From positions 1-64,000 of the forward strand of contig CAVWIH010000025.1 in NCBI GenBank assembly GCA_963755025.1: a stretch of DNA of 64,000 bases, read 5' to 3'. The notes below the pieces were generated by a model that worked only from the letters and a program-made list of their open reading frames with translations, was not told the DNA's origin and made no database searches. A program made the position numbers and the translations under genes. This stretch comes from an uncultured Actinomycetes bacterium (GTDB taxonomy: Bacteria > Actinomycetota > Thermoleophilia > UBA2241). Positions 10,721 to 21,700 of the stretch are shown here, piece by piece. Every line of letters starts with the position of its first letter. Positions within the stretch are counted from its first letter, which is position 1.

Positions 10721-11919
10721 TTACGCCTCGAGCGGCAGGTCGACCACTCCCCACGGCGTGCCGTGCTCGGTCATGAGGTCGAGGAACGGCGCCGGCTCGA
10801 TCTGCTCGGGCGCGAACACGCCCGGCTTGCTCACGATGCCCTTGGCCAGCAGCAGGGCGCCGCAGGCCGCCGGGATGCCGGTCTGATAGCCGGTGCCCTG
10901 CACGCCCATGGTGCGGAAGGCCTCGTCGTGCGAGGTGATCTGGTACATGTAGCGGCGCACGCGCTTGCCGGCGATGGTGCCGTCGCAGAGCGCCCCACGC
11001 ACACCGCGCCGTGCATGCGGCCGATCAGGTCGACCGCCTTGGGCAGGCGGCTGACGAGCAGGTCGAGGGGCCTGAAGCGCGCGCCGTCGAACTCGATCTC
11101 CTTGTTGTGGTCGAAGCCGAGCTTGCGCCAGGTGAGCAGCAGGTTGACCCACTGGTCGTCGAGGGCGATGAAGAAGTCGGCGTCGCGCAGGCCCTTGTCG
11201 CCCAGGAACAGGGGCATGAGCTGCGCTTCTTCGTGGTCGACGTTCCACACCTTGAGCCTGCCGACCGGCGCCGGAAAGTCGAACTCGCGGGTGGTGGTCA
11301 GCGACTGCCGGCGGATCTTCTCGCCGTTCTCGAAGGCGTGGGGCGGCAGGATGAGGCACTCCTCGACCATCGTGGTCGGCGAGAAGCTCGGGGCGAAGTC
11401 GACGCCGTCGGCCGAACTGTTGTCGCCGTCGAGCACGGTGAGCCGCTCGACCGTGTCGAACTGGTCGTAGAGCGCCCGGGCGAAGACGTCGCTCGCGCCG
11501 GGGTCGATGCCGAAGAAGACGAGCGCGGTGAGGCGCTTCTTCTTGAACGCCGCGTCGAGGGCGATCTCCTCGTCGACGTCGGCGGTGCCCACCACGTCGC
11601 GCGGCCCGGCGGCCGCCATGTCGAGGTAGTGCGTGCCGGTCTCGAGGCAGGCGGCCATGATCCGCAGGTTGTGCTCGGGGATCAGGGCGTTGAAGCACAG
11701 GTCGACGCCGGCGAGGGCGTCGGTGAGCGCCCCGTCGTCGGTGGCGTCGAGCGGCAGCATCTCGACCTTGTCGGCCGGCAGCTTCGCCGCCACCTCGGCG
11801 AGGCGGCGCTCGTCGAGATCGGCCAGCACGACCGTGCTCACGTCGGGGTCGGGCGCCATGGTGCGCGCCGTGACCTCGCCGACCGAACCGACACCCAGTT
11901 GCAGCACCCGCATGCCCAT
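10721..11919 (-). CDS. Saccharopine dehydrogenase / carboxy(nor)spermidine dehydrogenase-like oxidoreductase, frameshift near 10995
   Basis: Rossmann motif LGVGSVG, then HYLDMA, GIDPGASDVF, HEE and C-terminal YQTGIPAA...GVFAPEQ. Confidence 0.85.
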
Positions 11920-12069
11920 CGCCGCTCCCCCCCTCGAGTGCGCCCCGTGCCGGGCGCCGCGGACGAACTTGCCGGGCCGGCGGCTCGAACTTGCCTGCGA
12001 GCGCCGGCGCCGCTTGCTGGTTTGCCTGCATTCTGCCAGCTATTCAGGGCCGCGGACATGCCGGATGCT

Positions 12070-12118
12070 TGCTCAAACCTGCTCACATTCCGGCCCGGAA
12101 TCTGCTCGATATTGACCA
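12070..12118 (+). promoter_or_regulatory. 10-bp-phased direct repeats upstream of the BldC-like HTH-GAF gene
   Basis: TGCTCA at 12070 and 12080, TGCTCG at 12103, TGACCA at 12113. Confidence 0.4.
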
Positions 12119-12146
12119 CGTCGCCGGCACGGCATAGGTTGCCGCC

Positions 12147-13250
12147 ATGAGCGCTTTCTTGAGCGTGCAGCACGCGGCCCGGCGGCTCGGAGTCTCGCCG
12201 GTCACCATCCGGCGCTGGACGGCGACGGGCTTTCTGCCCTGCACGCGCACCGCCGGCGGCCACCGCCGCATCGCCACCGACGACATCGAGGAGCTCACGC
12301 GAGCCATCGGCGGCAGCTCGCACGTCGCCGCGCGGCGCGCCCGCGAGCGCGAGCTCGACACCATCGTCGAGACCTCGCTCGCCGTGGCCAGCGAGGTCGA
12401 CCTGCAGCCCCTGCTCGCCGAGATCGCGCGCCGCATCACGCGCCTGCTCGACTGCGACTTCTGCGCCGTGTCGACCTACGACCCGCGCGACCAGGCTGGT
12501 GCAGGCGCTGGCCGAGTACGACGGCGGCGGCGAGCGCCTGCCCGACACCGAGACCTACGACGTGCGCCAGTTCCCCCTTACGCGCAAGGTGCTCGCCGAG
12601 CACGTGGCGGCGGTGGTGAACGTCGACGACCCGCGCGCCGACGCGGCCGAGGTCGCCGCGCTGCGCAGCGGCGGCGACCGCAGCCTGCTCATGCTGCCGC
12701 TGGTCTACCGCGGCGAGTCGATCGGCCTGCTCGAGGCGATCGACGCCCGCCGCGCGCGCTGCTACACGCGCCAGGAGCTGCGGCTCTGCCAGGCGGTCGC
12801 CGGCCAGGCGGCGGTCGCCCTGCACAACACCTCGCTGCGCGCCGCCTCGCGTTCGGGGCGCGACGAGCTGCGCGGGCTGTGCGCGGCGCTGCGCGACCTG
12901 GCCCCGGCGCTCGCGGCGGCGCTCGCCGCAACCCGACCGCGACGTCGCGCTCGAGCGCCTGGCGGACGCGGTCTGCGACGTGCTGGGGGCGGTGTCGTGC
13001 GTGGTCGTCGCGCCGCACCGTACGGCCGGCGCCGCGCGGCCTCGCCGCCGGCGGCGGCGTCGGGCACCTCGTCGTCGGTCGCGACCCCGGTGCGCCGCTG
13101 TCGATCACGGTCACGCTGCCCAAGCCGCCGTCCGAAGGACTGGCCGAGCTGCTCGACCTGCTCGCCACGGTCGCCGCCGCGGCGATCGAGCCCGGCCGGC
13201 GGCCCGCCGCGCCCGGGCCGGCGCGCCTCGCCGGCCAGCCGGCGAGCTAG
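12147..13250 (+). CDS. MerR/BldC-like (HTH_17) DNA-binding domain fused to a GAF domain, frameshifted
   Basis: LSVQHAARRLGVSPVTIRRW...RTAGGHRRI. The GAF region (RSLLMLPLVYRGESIGLLE) is in frame 12499-. Confidence 0.8.
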   Translation: MSAFLSVQHAARRLGVSPVTIRRWTATGFLPCTRTAGGHRRIATDDIEELTRAIGGSSHVAARRARERELDTIVETSLAVASEVDLQPLLAEIARRITRLLDCDFCAVSTYDPRDQAGAGAGRVRRRRRAPARHRDLRRAPVPPYAQGARRARGGGGERRRPARRRGRGRRAAQRRRPQPAHAAAGLPRRVDRPARGDRRPPRALLHAPGAAALPGGRRPGGGRPAQHLAARRLAFGARRAARAVRGAARPGPGARGGARRNPTATSRSSAWRTRSATCWGRCRAWSSRRTVRPAPRGLAAGGGVGHLVVGRDPGAPLSITVTLPKPPSEGLAELLDLLATVAAAAIEPGRRPAAPGPARLAGQPAS

Positions 13251-14095
13251 CTCAGCACGCGCCGCCGAAAGCCGTCGATGCCGACCCACAGCAGAACGAC
13301 GGTGAAGGCGATCATGCCCACGTAGATCGACCAGATCGGCATGTGCGGCACGCCCGAGGTGAGCGACAGGCGAAAGCCCTCGCACATGTAGACCAGGGGA
13401 TTGACCAGCACCAGCACCTGCAGCCAGCGGATCGGGGCGAGCGCCGCCCAGGGGTAGTACACGGCGCCCAGGAACGTGATGGGCAGCACGACGATGGCGA
13501 ACAGCAGCGGCACCTGCTGGGGCTTCACGCGGGTGCCCATCGTCAGGCCGAGCGCCGCCGACAGCACGGCCGCGATCGGGGCGATGGTCAGCAGAAAGAC
13601 CCAGTGCACGTGCAGGTGCACCGGCGTCGCCGGAATGACGGCCGCCAGCGGAAAGACGACGAGGCCGGCGATCAGCGCCTGCACGGCGCCGGCGGCGATC
13701 TTTTCGGCCGCCACGCCCCAGACCGGCATGGGCGCCATCACGCGGTCCTCGATCTCGCGCGTGTAGCCGAACTCCTGCACGAGCGGCAGGGCGACCGCCT
13801 GCACGCCCTGGAAGATCATCGATGTGCCCACCACGCCGGCCATGAGCAGGGTCGAGAAGCTCGCCTCGGACTGCGACGAGCCGCCGACCCCCTGGCCGAT
13901 CTTGGGGAAGACGTAGGTGAAGACGAACACGAGCAGCAGGGGCTGCATGATCGTGCGGATGGCGAACACGACGATCGTCTTCTGCAGCACGCGCAGGTCG
14001 CGCAGCAGCAGCGCCCAGAAGGCGGTCATGCCGGCGGCGCGCGCCGGGCGAAAGCCCATCGCCCGCCGCGTCTCGAGATCGGCGACGACGCTCAT
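13247..14095 (-). CDS. ABC-2 type exporter permease
   Basis: ALLLRDLRVL...QPLLLVFVF...NPLVYMCEGFR. Start overlaps the ATPase stop. Confidence 0.88.
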   Translation of the reverse strand: MSVVADLETRRAMGFRPARAAGMTAFWALLLRDLRVLQKTIVVFAIRTIMQPLLLVFVFTYVFPKIGQGVGGSSQSEASFSTLLMAGVVGTSMIFQGVQAVALPLVQEFGYTREIEDRVMAPMPVWGVAAEKIAAGAVQALIAGLVVFPLAAVIPATPVHLHVHWVFLLTIAPIAAVLSAALGLTMGTRVKPQQVPLLFAIVVLPITFLGAVYYPWAALAPIRWLQVLVLVNPLVYMCEGFRLSLTSGVPHMPIWSIYVGMIAFTVVLLWVGIDGFRRRVLS

Positions 14096-15195
14096 TCGCG
14101 CAGCTCCTTGCCGGTCAGGGTGATGAACACGGTCTCGAGGGTGGGCTCGCTGACCGACAGGTCGGTGATGGGAAAGCCGCCGGATTCGGCGTGCGCCACG
14201 ATGCGCGGCACGACGCCGTCGCCGCCCTTGAGGAAGACGGTGACGACGCCGTCGCCGATCTCGGCGCGGGCGCCGTCGCCCAGGCCCTCGGTGAGGGCGG
14301 CGGCGAGGGCTGCCGGATCGCCGGTGGTGGCCACGCGGGCGATCGTGGCAGCGCCCACCGAGGCCTTCAGGCCGGCCGGTGTGTCGAGCGCGAGGATGCG
14401 GCCGTGGTCCATGATCGCCACGCGGTCGCAGAGCTGGTCGGCCTCTTCCATGTAGTGCGTGGTGAGCAGCACCGTGAGGCCCTCGCCGTGCAGCTCGCCG
14501 AGGATCTCCCACAAGGCGAGCCGACTCTGCGGGTCGAGGCCCGCGGTGGGCTCGTCGAGAAAGAGGATGTGGGGCCGGTGCGAGATGCTGCGCGCCACCA
14601 TGAGGCGCTGCGCCATGCCGCCCGACAGCGCGTAGACGTCGGCTTTGGCGCGGTCGGCCAGGTGGAACTGCTCGAGCAGCTCGTCGGCCCGCGCCCGCGC
14701 CGCGCCCTTGTCGAGCCCGAAATAGCGGCAGTGGTAGTAGAGGTTCTCCCAGACCGTGAGGCTGCGGTCGAGCGTGTTCGACTGCGCGACCACGCCCATC
14801 GCCTGTTTGGCCAGGGCCGGCTCGGCGACCACATCGACGCCGCCCACGCAGGCGCTGCCGGCGCTCGGCACAACGCGCGTCGAGAGCATGCCGACGGTGG
14901 TCGTCTTGCCGGCGCCGTTGGGGCCGAGCAGGCCGAAGATCTCGCCGGCGGCGACCATCAGGTCGAGCGCCTCGACGGCGCGGATGCCGCCCGGGAAGGT
15001 CTTCGAGAGCCCGACCGTCTGGATGACGTTGTCGAGGTCGCAGGCAAGCCCCTGGGGGTCGACGGGGTCGTGCCTGGTCGTGGGCTTCTGGGTGGTCTTC
15101 TGTGCGCTCGTGGTGCTCCTCCCGGCTGGGCTCGATCTCAGGATTTGTCGCCCCGTCGGGCGTTCGGCAAACGCGCGCCGCGTGCTACCGGGCAA
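14092..15195 (-). CDS. ABC exporter ATP-binding protein (DrrA-like), start uncertain
   Basis: Walker A GPNGAGKT, signature LSGGM, Walker B LFLDEPT, and TTHYMEEA. Confidence 0.9.
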   Translation of the reverse strand: MPGSTRRAFAERPTGRQILRSSPAGRSTTSAQKTTQKPTTRHDPVDPQGLACDLDNVIQTVGLSKTFPGGIRAVEALDLMVAAGEIFGLLGPNGAGKTTTVGMLSTRVVPSAGSACVGGVDVVAEPALAKQAMGVVAQSNTLDRSLTVWENLYYHCRYFGLDKGAARARADELLEQFHLADRAKADVYALSGGMAQRLMVARSISHRPHILFLDEPTAGLDPQSRLALWEILGELHGEGLTVLLTTHYMEEADQLCDRVAIMDHGRILALDTPAGLKASVGAATIARVATTGDPAALAAALTEGLGDGARAEIGDGVVTVFLKGGDGVVPRIVAHAESGGFPITDLSVSEPTLETVFITLTGKELRE

Positions 15196-15799
15196 GCAGC
15201 CGGCGCACCGCCCCCTTGGGGTCGTCGAGCAGCGGCGTGCCGTGGTCGAGGCAGAGGATGGTGAAGGGCAGCTCGAGGAGCCGCTCGACGCTGCGCCGGG
15301 TCTCGGCCGGGTCCTCGTGGTACTCGAAGGGCACGAAGGCGAGCTCGCCGCCGCCGTCGTGCGAGATCAGGTCGGAGCAGAACAGCAGCCCCGGGTCGGC
15401 TGCCCGCACGAAGGAGTAGTGCGGCCACTCGGGGCCGGGAGTGCGCACCGCCACGAGGCCGCCGGGCAGCGTGTCGCCCTCGCCGTAGCGGTGGTCGGGC
15501 TCCTCATCGGCGGCGGCCGCGTCGACCGGCAGCCAGACCTCGGCGCCGAGCTCGCGGCGGTAGCGCCACGCGGCGCGCTGGTGGCAGCGCGCGCTGAGCA
15601 GCACGTTGCCCGGCGCCGGCCACGCGGCCAGGGCGTCGCCGGCCAGGCGGACCGGGTCGATCAGCACGCAGGCGTCGCCGTCGACGAGGGCGTGCGAGCT
15701 CGAGATCGAACCGCCGATGTTGCTGTTGTGGATGTGCCAGTGGTAGAGGCCGGGGACGACCTCTTCGGCCTTCTCGGCGATCTCGCGGGGCTCGGTCAT
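15185..15799 (-). CDS. Metallo-beta-lactamase-fold protein with degenerate metal motif
   Basis: VLIDPV, TPG, LFCSDL and LCLDHG are present, but the usual HxHxDH reads ARCHQR. Confidence 0.7.
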   Translation of the reverse strand: MTEPREIAEKAEEVVPGLYHWHIHNSNIGGSISSSHALVDGDACVLIDPVRLAGDALAAWPAPGNVLLSARCHQRAAWRYRRELGAEVWLPVDAAAADEEPDHRYGEGDTLPGGLVAVRTPGPEWPHYSFVRAADPGLLFCSDLISHDGGGELAFVPFEYHEDPAETRRSVERLLELPFTILCLDHGTPLLDDPKGAVRRLLAR

Positions 15800-15911
15800 G
15801 GCGTCCTCCTGGAAACCCGGCAAAGGCAAGTCGTGCCGCCGGCCCACGGGGGCCGCCGGCGGTCGCACGCGATCGCGCAGCGTCGGTCCGCAACGACTGC
15901 GCACCATCAGT

Positions 15912-16691
15912 CTACTTGCGCGCAACGAGGGCGAGGTCGGCCGTGAGTGTGGCCACGTCGATGCCCGGCGGGTCGTGGCGCAGCCAGGCCGGCGAGAGCA
16001 TGGCGTAGAGCTCGTCGCAGTAGGCGGCGTGAAAGCCCCACGACGCCTTCACCGTGGTGCCCCAGGTGACCACCGTCGGGCCGCTCTCGTCGTAGGCGGC
16101 GTAGATCACGCAATGGCCGTTGTGGGGGTCGGGCGCGTGGCGCCTGCTGCCGTCGGGCACCACGGTCCACGGCGGCAGCTCCCCCGGGGCCTCGGGCAGC
16201 ACGGCGGCGGGCAGCTCGACGCCCACGTACAGGCAGCCGAACAGGTCGATGGCGAGCTTGGCGTCGGCCACCGAGGTCGTGTCGACCTCGACGAAGGCCG
16301 AGATGGTCTGACGGTCTATGCCCTGCGTGCGCCAGTACTTGAGGGCGTCGAGCAGCACCGTGCCGCGGTCGGTCGGGTTGCCGCCGGGACCGTCGTCGTG
16401 CGGGTCGTAGCCGGTGATCGCCGAGTAGGCGCGCAGCACCTGCGCGGTGGTGATGGCGAGGGCGCGGTGCTCGGCGTTGGCCGTCCAGAGCATGTCGGCG
16501 TGGGCCTGGCCGGCGAGGGCGCAGTCACCGACCCTGTCGTTGCCGAGCATGCCCCAGTCGGTGACGGCCGACGCGTAGTCGACAGCCGGCGGCGGGGTCG
16601 GAGCGGCCGGCGTGAGGTAGCTGGCCAGCAGGAGGTTGCGGTCGTCGACCGCCTTGGGCAGCTTGCCGAGCTTGTAGACCGGGTCTGGCAT
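15912..16691 (-). CDS. Papain-like cysteine peptidase, no signal peptide
   Basis: GMLGNDRVGDC (catalytic Cys), NGHCVIYAAYD (His) and VVTWG have the order and spacing of a papain fold. Confidence 0.7.
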   Translation of the reverse strand: MPDPVYKLGKLPKAVDDRNLLLASYLTPAAPTPPPAVDYASAVTDWGMLGNDRVGDCALAGQAHADMLWTANAEHRALAITTAQVLRAYSAITGYDPHDDGPGGNPTDRGTVLLDALKYWRTQGIDRQTISAFVEVDTTSVADAKLAIDLFGCLYVGVELPAAVLPEAPGELPPWTVVPDGSRRHAPDPHNGHCVIYAAYDESGPTVVTWGTTVKASWGFHAAYCDELYAMLSPAWLRHDPPGIDVATLTADLALVARK

Positions 16692-16759
16692 GGCGGTGTT
16701 CCCTTTCTCGGGTGCGGGCGGCCCTTCGGGCCCGGGTCAGGTGGCCGTTGAGGCCGTGG

Positions 16760-18502
16760 TCATGCTGATGTGTCGACGGCCGGCTGGTCGGCCGCGCCGA
16801 CGGCGGCAAGGTCGGCCGCCGCGGCCGCCGAGGTCGCCAAGGTCGCCGCGACCGCGGTGTCGGCGGTCGCCGCGTCGGCGGTCGCTGCGTCGGCGGTCGC
16901 GGTGATCCCCAGGTCGGCTTCGAGGGCGGCCAGCGCCTTGCGTTGCTCGAGCAGCGCGACCTGTCGTTTGAGCGCCTGCAGCTCGGCGTACGAGCCTGCG
17001 GTCGCCTGCAGGCCCGCCTCGGCGATCTCCTGGCGCTTGAGCTGGAGCTCGCGGGTGAGCACCGAGAGGCGCTGGTCGAGCGCCGCGAAGCGCAGGGCGG
17101 CCGCTCGCGTGACGATCTTGCGCGAGCGCTCCAGGCCGAGGGCGACGGCGTTGGGGAGCGCGCCGGCGGCTTCGGCCGCCGCGGCGGCCCCCGAGGCGGC
17201 CCCGACGCGCAGCGACTCGAGCGCGCTGCCCGCCGAGAAGCCGAGCTTCACGGCGCGCTTGCCGAACAGCGCTTTGGTGAGCTCGACGGTGGCGTGCGGG
17301 CAGCGGCCGTCCATGACGAGCGCCGCGCTCGACGAGCGCTTGACGAGCTCGTCGCCGGCGCCGAGCTCGTACACGGTGAGCCGCACGCGCCGCGGCAGGC
17401 GCACGACGATCTCGTTCTCGGCGACGAGCGGCCGGCGCGCGCCGTCGGGCGCCGGCGCGCCGTCGGAGCGGGCCGCGCCGTCGGGGCGCGTCGCGCCGTC
17501 GGGGCGGACCGCGCCGTCGGCGTGCGGCGTCGCCGGCGCGGCCGGCGGGTCGTCGGTCACCACGACCATCACGCCCAGCGCGTCGAAGGCGGCCTGCACG
17601 GCGGCCAGCGCCGCGAGGCTGCCGGCGTCGCCGTCGCCGGCGCCGCGCAGCCGGCCGTCGACCAGCTCGGGCAGCGCCTGCGCGGCCACGATGGTGTCGA
17701 GCTCGAGCAGGAACTCGTAGTGCTCGAGGCGCGTGGCGACGGTGGTCGCCCGCCAGGCGCGGAAGTGCTCGTCGAGGGCGCCGGCCTGGGCGCGCGCCGC
17801 GGCAAGCGCGCCCTCGACGGCGCGCACCGCGCCCAGCGCCTCGGCGCGGGCCTTGCCGTCGGCGGCGCCCGGCACCCGGCGCAGGGCGTCGGCCAGGCCG
17901 CGCGCCAGCTCGGGGATGAGGCTCGCGCAGGTCTCGCGCGCCTCGCTTTCGTCGGGATGCGCCGCACGGTACGCGGCGCCGACGGCCTGCGCATCGCGGT
18001 CCGGCGCCGGCGCCCCGTCGGCCGCCGCCGGCCCGCCGGCCGCAGCCGCCCCGTCGGCCGTCGCCGCACCGTCGGCCGCGGCCACACCGTCGGCCGCCCT
18101 GTCGGCGCCGGCGGCCGCGGCGCCGGCGGGCCGCGGGGCGGGCGCGGCCGGAGCGGCGGCGCGGGCCAGCGCCAGGGCGGGAGCGCCGAGCAGCACGCCG
18201 GCGACCGAGGTAGCGGCGGAGACGACGCCCACGGCGACGGCGCCGGCCCGCCCGGTGAGCTCGACCGAGCTCGTGACGAGGCGCCCGTCGTCGGTCCACT
18301 CGAAACCGACGTCGGTGTCGGCCAGCACGCCCTCGGCGATACGCAGCGCGGAGAGCTCGCGCTCGGCGATCACGTCGAGGGTGACGGTCGCCTGGGCGGA
18401 GACGTCGTCGCGGTCGAGCAGCGCGTCGTGAGCGAAGGCGCGCGTGCCCGCGATGCGCACACAGGACTGGGGCAGGCGGAAGGGCAGCTGCAGAACGGTC
18501 AT
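16760..18502 (-). CDS. Hypothetical 580-aa protein, DUF4831-like beta segments plus C-terminal coiled coil
   Basis: Long ORF with RBS AGGAGG. Contains FRLP...FEWTDDGRL and LFGKRAVKLGFSAGSALES, followed by a heptad-rich tail. The family assignment is by eye. Confidence 0.6.
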   Translation of the reverse strand: MTVLQLPFRLPQSCVRIAGTRAFAHDALLDRDDVSAQATVTLDVIAERELSALRIAEGVLADTDVGFEWTDDGRLVTSSVELTGRAGAVAVGVVSAATSVAGVLLGAPALALARAAAPAAPAPRPAGAAAAGADRAADGVAAADGAATADGAAAAGGPAAADGAPAPDRDAQAVGAAYRAAHPDESEARETCASLIPELARGLADALRRVPGAADGKARAEALGAVRAVEGALAAARAQAGALDEHFRAWRATTVATRLEHYEFLLELDTIVAAQALPELVDGRLRGAGDGDAGSLAALAAVQAAFDALGVMVVVTDDPPAAPATPHADGAVRPDGATRPDGAARSDGAPAPDGARRPLVAENEIVVRLPRRVRLTVYELGAGDELVKRSSSAALVMDGRCPHATVELTKALFGKRAVKLGFSAGSALESLRVGAASGAAAAAEAAGALPNAVALGLERSRKIVTRAAALRFAALDQRLSVLTRELQLKRQEIAEAGLQATAGSYAELQALKRQVALLEQRKALAALEADLGITATADAATADAATADTAVAATLATSAAAAADLAAVGAADQPAVDTSA

Positions 18503-18745
18503 GCGGCCTCCTGACGATGGCGGACGTGCAACCGGTTGTCAGGCGCGCGACGCGTACGGCCTTGGCGCGACACGGGCGTCGCGGCGTCTGCTCGTACTGC
18601 TAAGCATAACCGACTATCAAAGAAGTAAGGAACTGCGGTCGCGGCGCCGCGGCAAGCGGGTCGACGTTGCCCTCGCGCGCTTGCGGCCGCGTGCGCGGCC
18701 CCATATAACTAGTCGACTTGCCACCAACGGGGCTGGGAGAGGTCA

Positions 18746-21700
18746 ATGAGGCGACGCACCATCATCAGTGTCATCGTGGCGATCGTGGTGGCGGGATCGC
18801 TGCTCGGCGCCGTCGTGCGGGCCGGGGCGTCCGGCGCCCCCGGCACGAGCGCCAAGCCGACGATCAAGGTCATCGTCCTCCTCAAGTCCCACGGCGACGG
18901 CGGCGAGGTCGTCAACAGGCTGGCCCACGACCACGCCACCGGCGTCTACCGGTACCGCTACTTCTCGAGCGTCGCCGCCACCGTCTCGCGGGCCACACTC
19001 GGCGAGCTGCTGCGCGACGGCAACGTCCTCAACGTGGTCTCCGACCGCAAGGTGCGCGTTCCCACAACGCCCGGCGTCGGCACCAAGGTCGCCAAAACCG
19101 GACGCACCGCCGGCCAGGCGACGGGCGCAACGGCCGCGGCCGCCTCGACGGCGCCCCTCGAATCCGAAGCGTTACAGCTCACCCACGCCCAAGACGCCTG
19201 GGCCATCAAGGTGAACGGCCAGGCCGTCAGGGGCCAGGGCATCCGCGTGGGCATGCTCGACACCGGCACCGACCCCTCGCACCCCGACCTCGCCGCCGCC
19301 ATCGACGGCTACCGCGACTTCACCGGCGACGGCCTGCAAGACTCCGACGGTCACGGCACCGCCACCTCGAGCTGCGTGGCCGCCCAGGGCAAGCTCGTCT
19401 ACAACTCGAGCACCGGCACCTCCATGCGCATCGAAGGCATGGCGCCCGGCGCCAAGGTCGTCATGGCCAAGGTGCTCGACGTGAGCGGCGGCTGGGACTC
19501 CAACATCATGCGCGGCATCGAGTGGCTCATCGCCCAGAAGGTCGACATCATCTCGTGCAGCCTGGGCGACGCCTTCATTCCCCCGAACGGCGCCGACCCG
19601 CTGGCGCAGGCCTTTCAGACCGCCATCGACGACGGCATCACCGTGGTCAACTCCGAGGGCAATGAAGGCCCCGGACAGGGCACCGAAGGCTCGGCGCCCG
19701 ACCTCAAGAACGTGATCGCCGTGGGCGCCACCACCGGCTACCGGCTCTTCTCGCAGATCGCCTACCTCACCACCGGCGGCTCCTACAAGGGCGACCAGGT
19801 CATCACCTGGACGAGCCGCGGGCCCAACTCCGAGGGCGACTTCAGGCCCGACATCATGGGCTTCGGAGCCTGGGGCTGGGCGCTCGCGCCGACCGGCTCG
19901 GGCGACGCCTACGGCGACGTCGACACCCAGATCTTCGGCGGCACCAGCATGGCGTGCCCGGTGGTCGCCGGCGACCTCGCGCTCGCCGAGTCGGCCTGGA
20001 AGCTCGCCCACCCGGGCCAGGTCCTGCCGGCGCCGGCCTACTGGAAGACCCTGCTGGCCAACACGGCCACCGATCTCGGCTACCCGGCGATCGACCAGAG
20101 CAGCGGCCTCGTGAACGCCGCCGCCGCGGTGCACGCCGTCCTCGGCCAGGGCAAGGCTTTCCAGGCGGGAGTCAACGCCGACCGCACGAGCCCCACGAGC
20201 TGGTCGCCGCGTGTCGCCGCCGGCGCCAGCGCAAAGACGACCATCACGCTCGAGAACACCGGCAGCAAGACCGAGCGCATCAGCCTCGCTCCGCGCAACT
20301 TCGCCACCTTCCACACCCTCGACTTTCGGCAGTTCGCCGTGAGTGCGCCCGACTACACCGCGGTCAAGCGCTTCACCGTGCCGGCCGGCGCCCAGTTCGT
20401 GCAGGTCCGGCTCACCTGGCCGTCCGGGCCCAACGTCTCGCTCGACAGCGCGGTCTACGACTCGCACGGCAACTTCGTCTCGTACGGCCAAACGAGCGGC
20501 GGCTACGGCCACCTCTCGTTCGACCAGATCTCCCTCACCGGGCCCACGTCGCAGCGCCCGGCCGTCCTCAAGGGCCGGCCCTGGGAGATCGACATCTACC
20601 CGACCGGCGACATGGCGCCGACCGCGCCGCAGACCGTGCACCTGCGGGTCACGTTCTCACGCAACACCCCGACCCCGGTGATCGCCCTCTCCAAGCACAA
20701 CGTCACCCTCGCGCCCGGCCGCTCGACACGCATCGCGGCCACCGTCACCGCGCCTTCGTCGGCCGGTACGTGGATGTACGGCATCTCCGTCGGCAACGGC
20801 GTCACCACCACACTCATCCCCGTCGCGGTGCGCGTGCCGGTCACGCTCTCGAGCGGCCGCGGCAGCTTCAAGGGCCAGCTCACGGGCTCCACCGTCGAGT
20901 ACTCGGGCGGCGAGCTCTACTTCTACGACGTGCACGTGCCCGCCGGCACGCGCTCGCTGACGGCCTCGCTCACCTGGCCCGACACCGGCAACCTCGTCGA
21001 CCTCTACCTCATCGACCCCAGCGGCGACCTGCGCGACGCCAAGGGGGGCGACCTGCTCTGGTACCCCGACTACTCCTCGTTCACGGTGCCCGCGACGGCG
21101 TTCAGCCACCGCGCCGAGCAGGTCGTCTGGGACGCTCCCGAGGCCGGCACGTGGCAGCTCATCGTCTGGGGCGCCGGCTTCAACGGCCGCTCGTTCAGCG
21201 AGCCCTACAGCGGCACGGTCACGCTCGACACGCCTAGCGTGGCGCCGGCCGCCTGGACCGCCTCAGCCGCGCCCGGCACGCAGGCGAGCACCGACTTCAC
21301 CGTCTCCAACGGCGGCGCGACGGCCCTGCCCGCCTACGCCGAGAGCCAGGCGACACCAGCGCCGGCACCGGCCTCTACGACGACGTCACGCTGCCGCCGA
21401 TCACCGGCACGCTGGCGCCCACGACGAACGGCATCTCCCCCACCGCCACCTTCACGCTGCCGCAAGGCGTGACCCTGGTCACCGCGCAGGCCACCTGGAC
21501 CGGCGCCGACACGCTGGTCGACCTGGGCCTCTACGACCCCAGCCAGACCGACAAGTCCGAGAGCCTCGCCACCACGAGCGCCGGCAACGCCGTGGTCGAG
21601 GCCAATCCCATGGCCGGCCTGTGGACGCTGATCATGGGCTACGGTAACCCGGACTCGGCGGCCGCGAGCGCCGACTACACGATCGACGTCGACTACACCG

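Noticed and set aside
12020-12040. Sigma54 promoter for the dehydrogenase gene
   Set aside because: TGGCAG is present on the minus strand, but the -12 reads AGGC rather than TTGC.
15185-15799. Antibiotic-resistance beta-lactamase
   Set aside because: Only the fold is recognisable. The HxHxDH motif is missing and there is no signal peptide.
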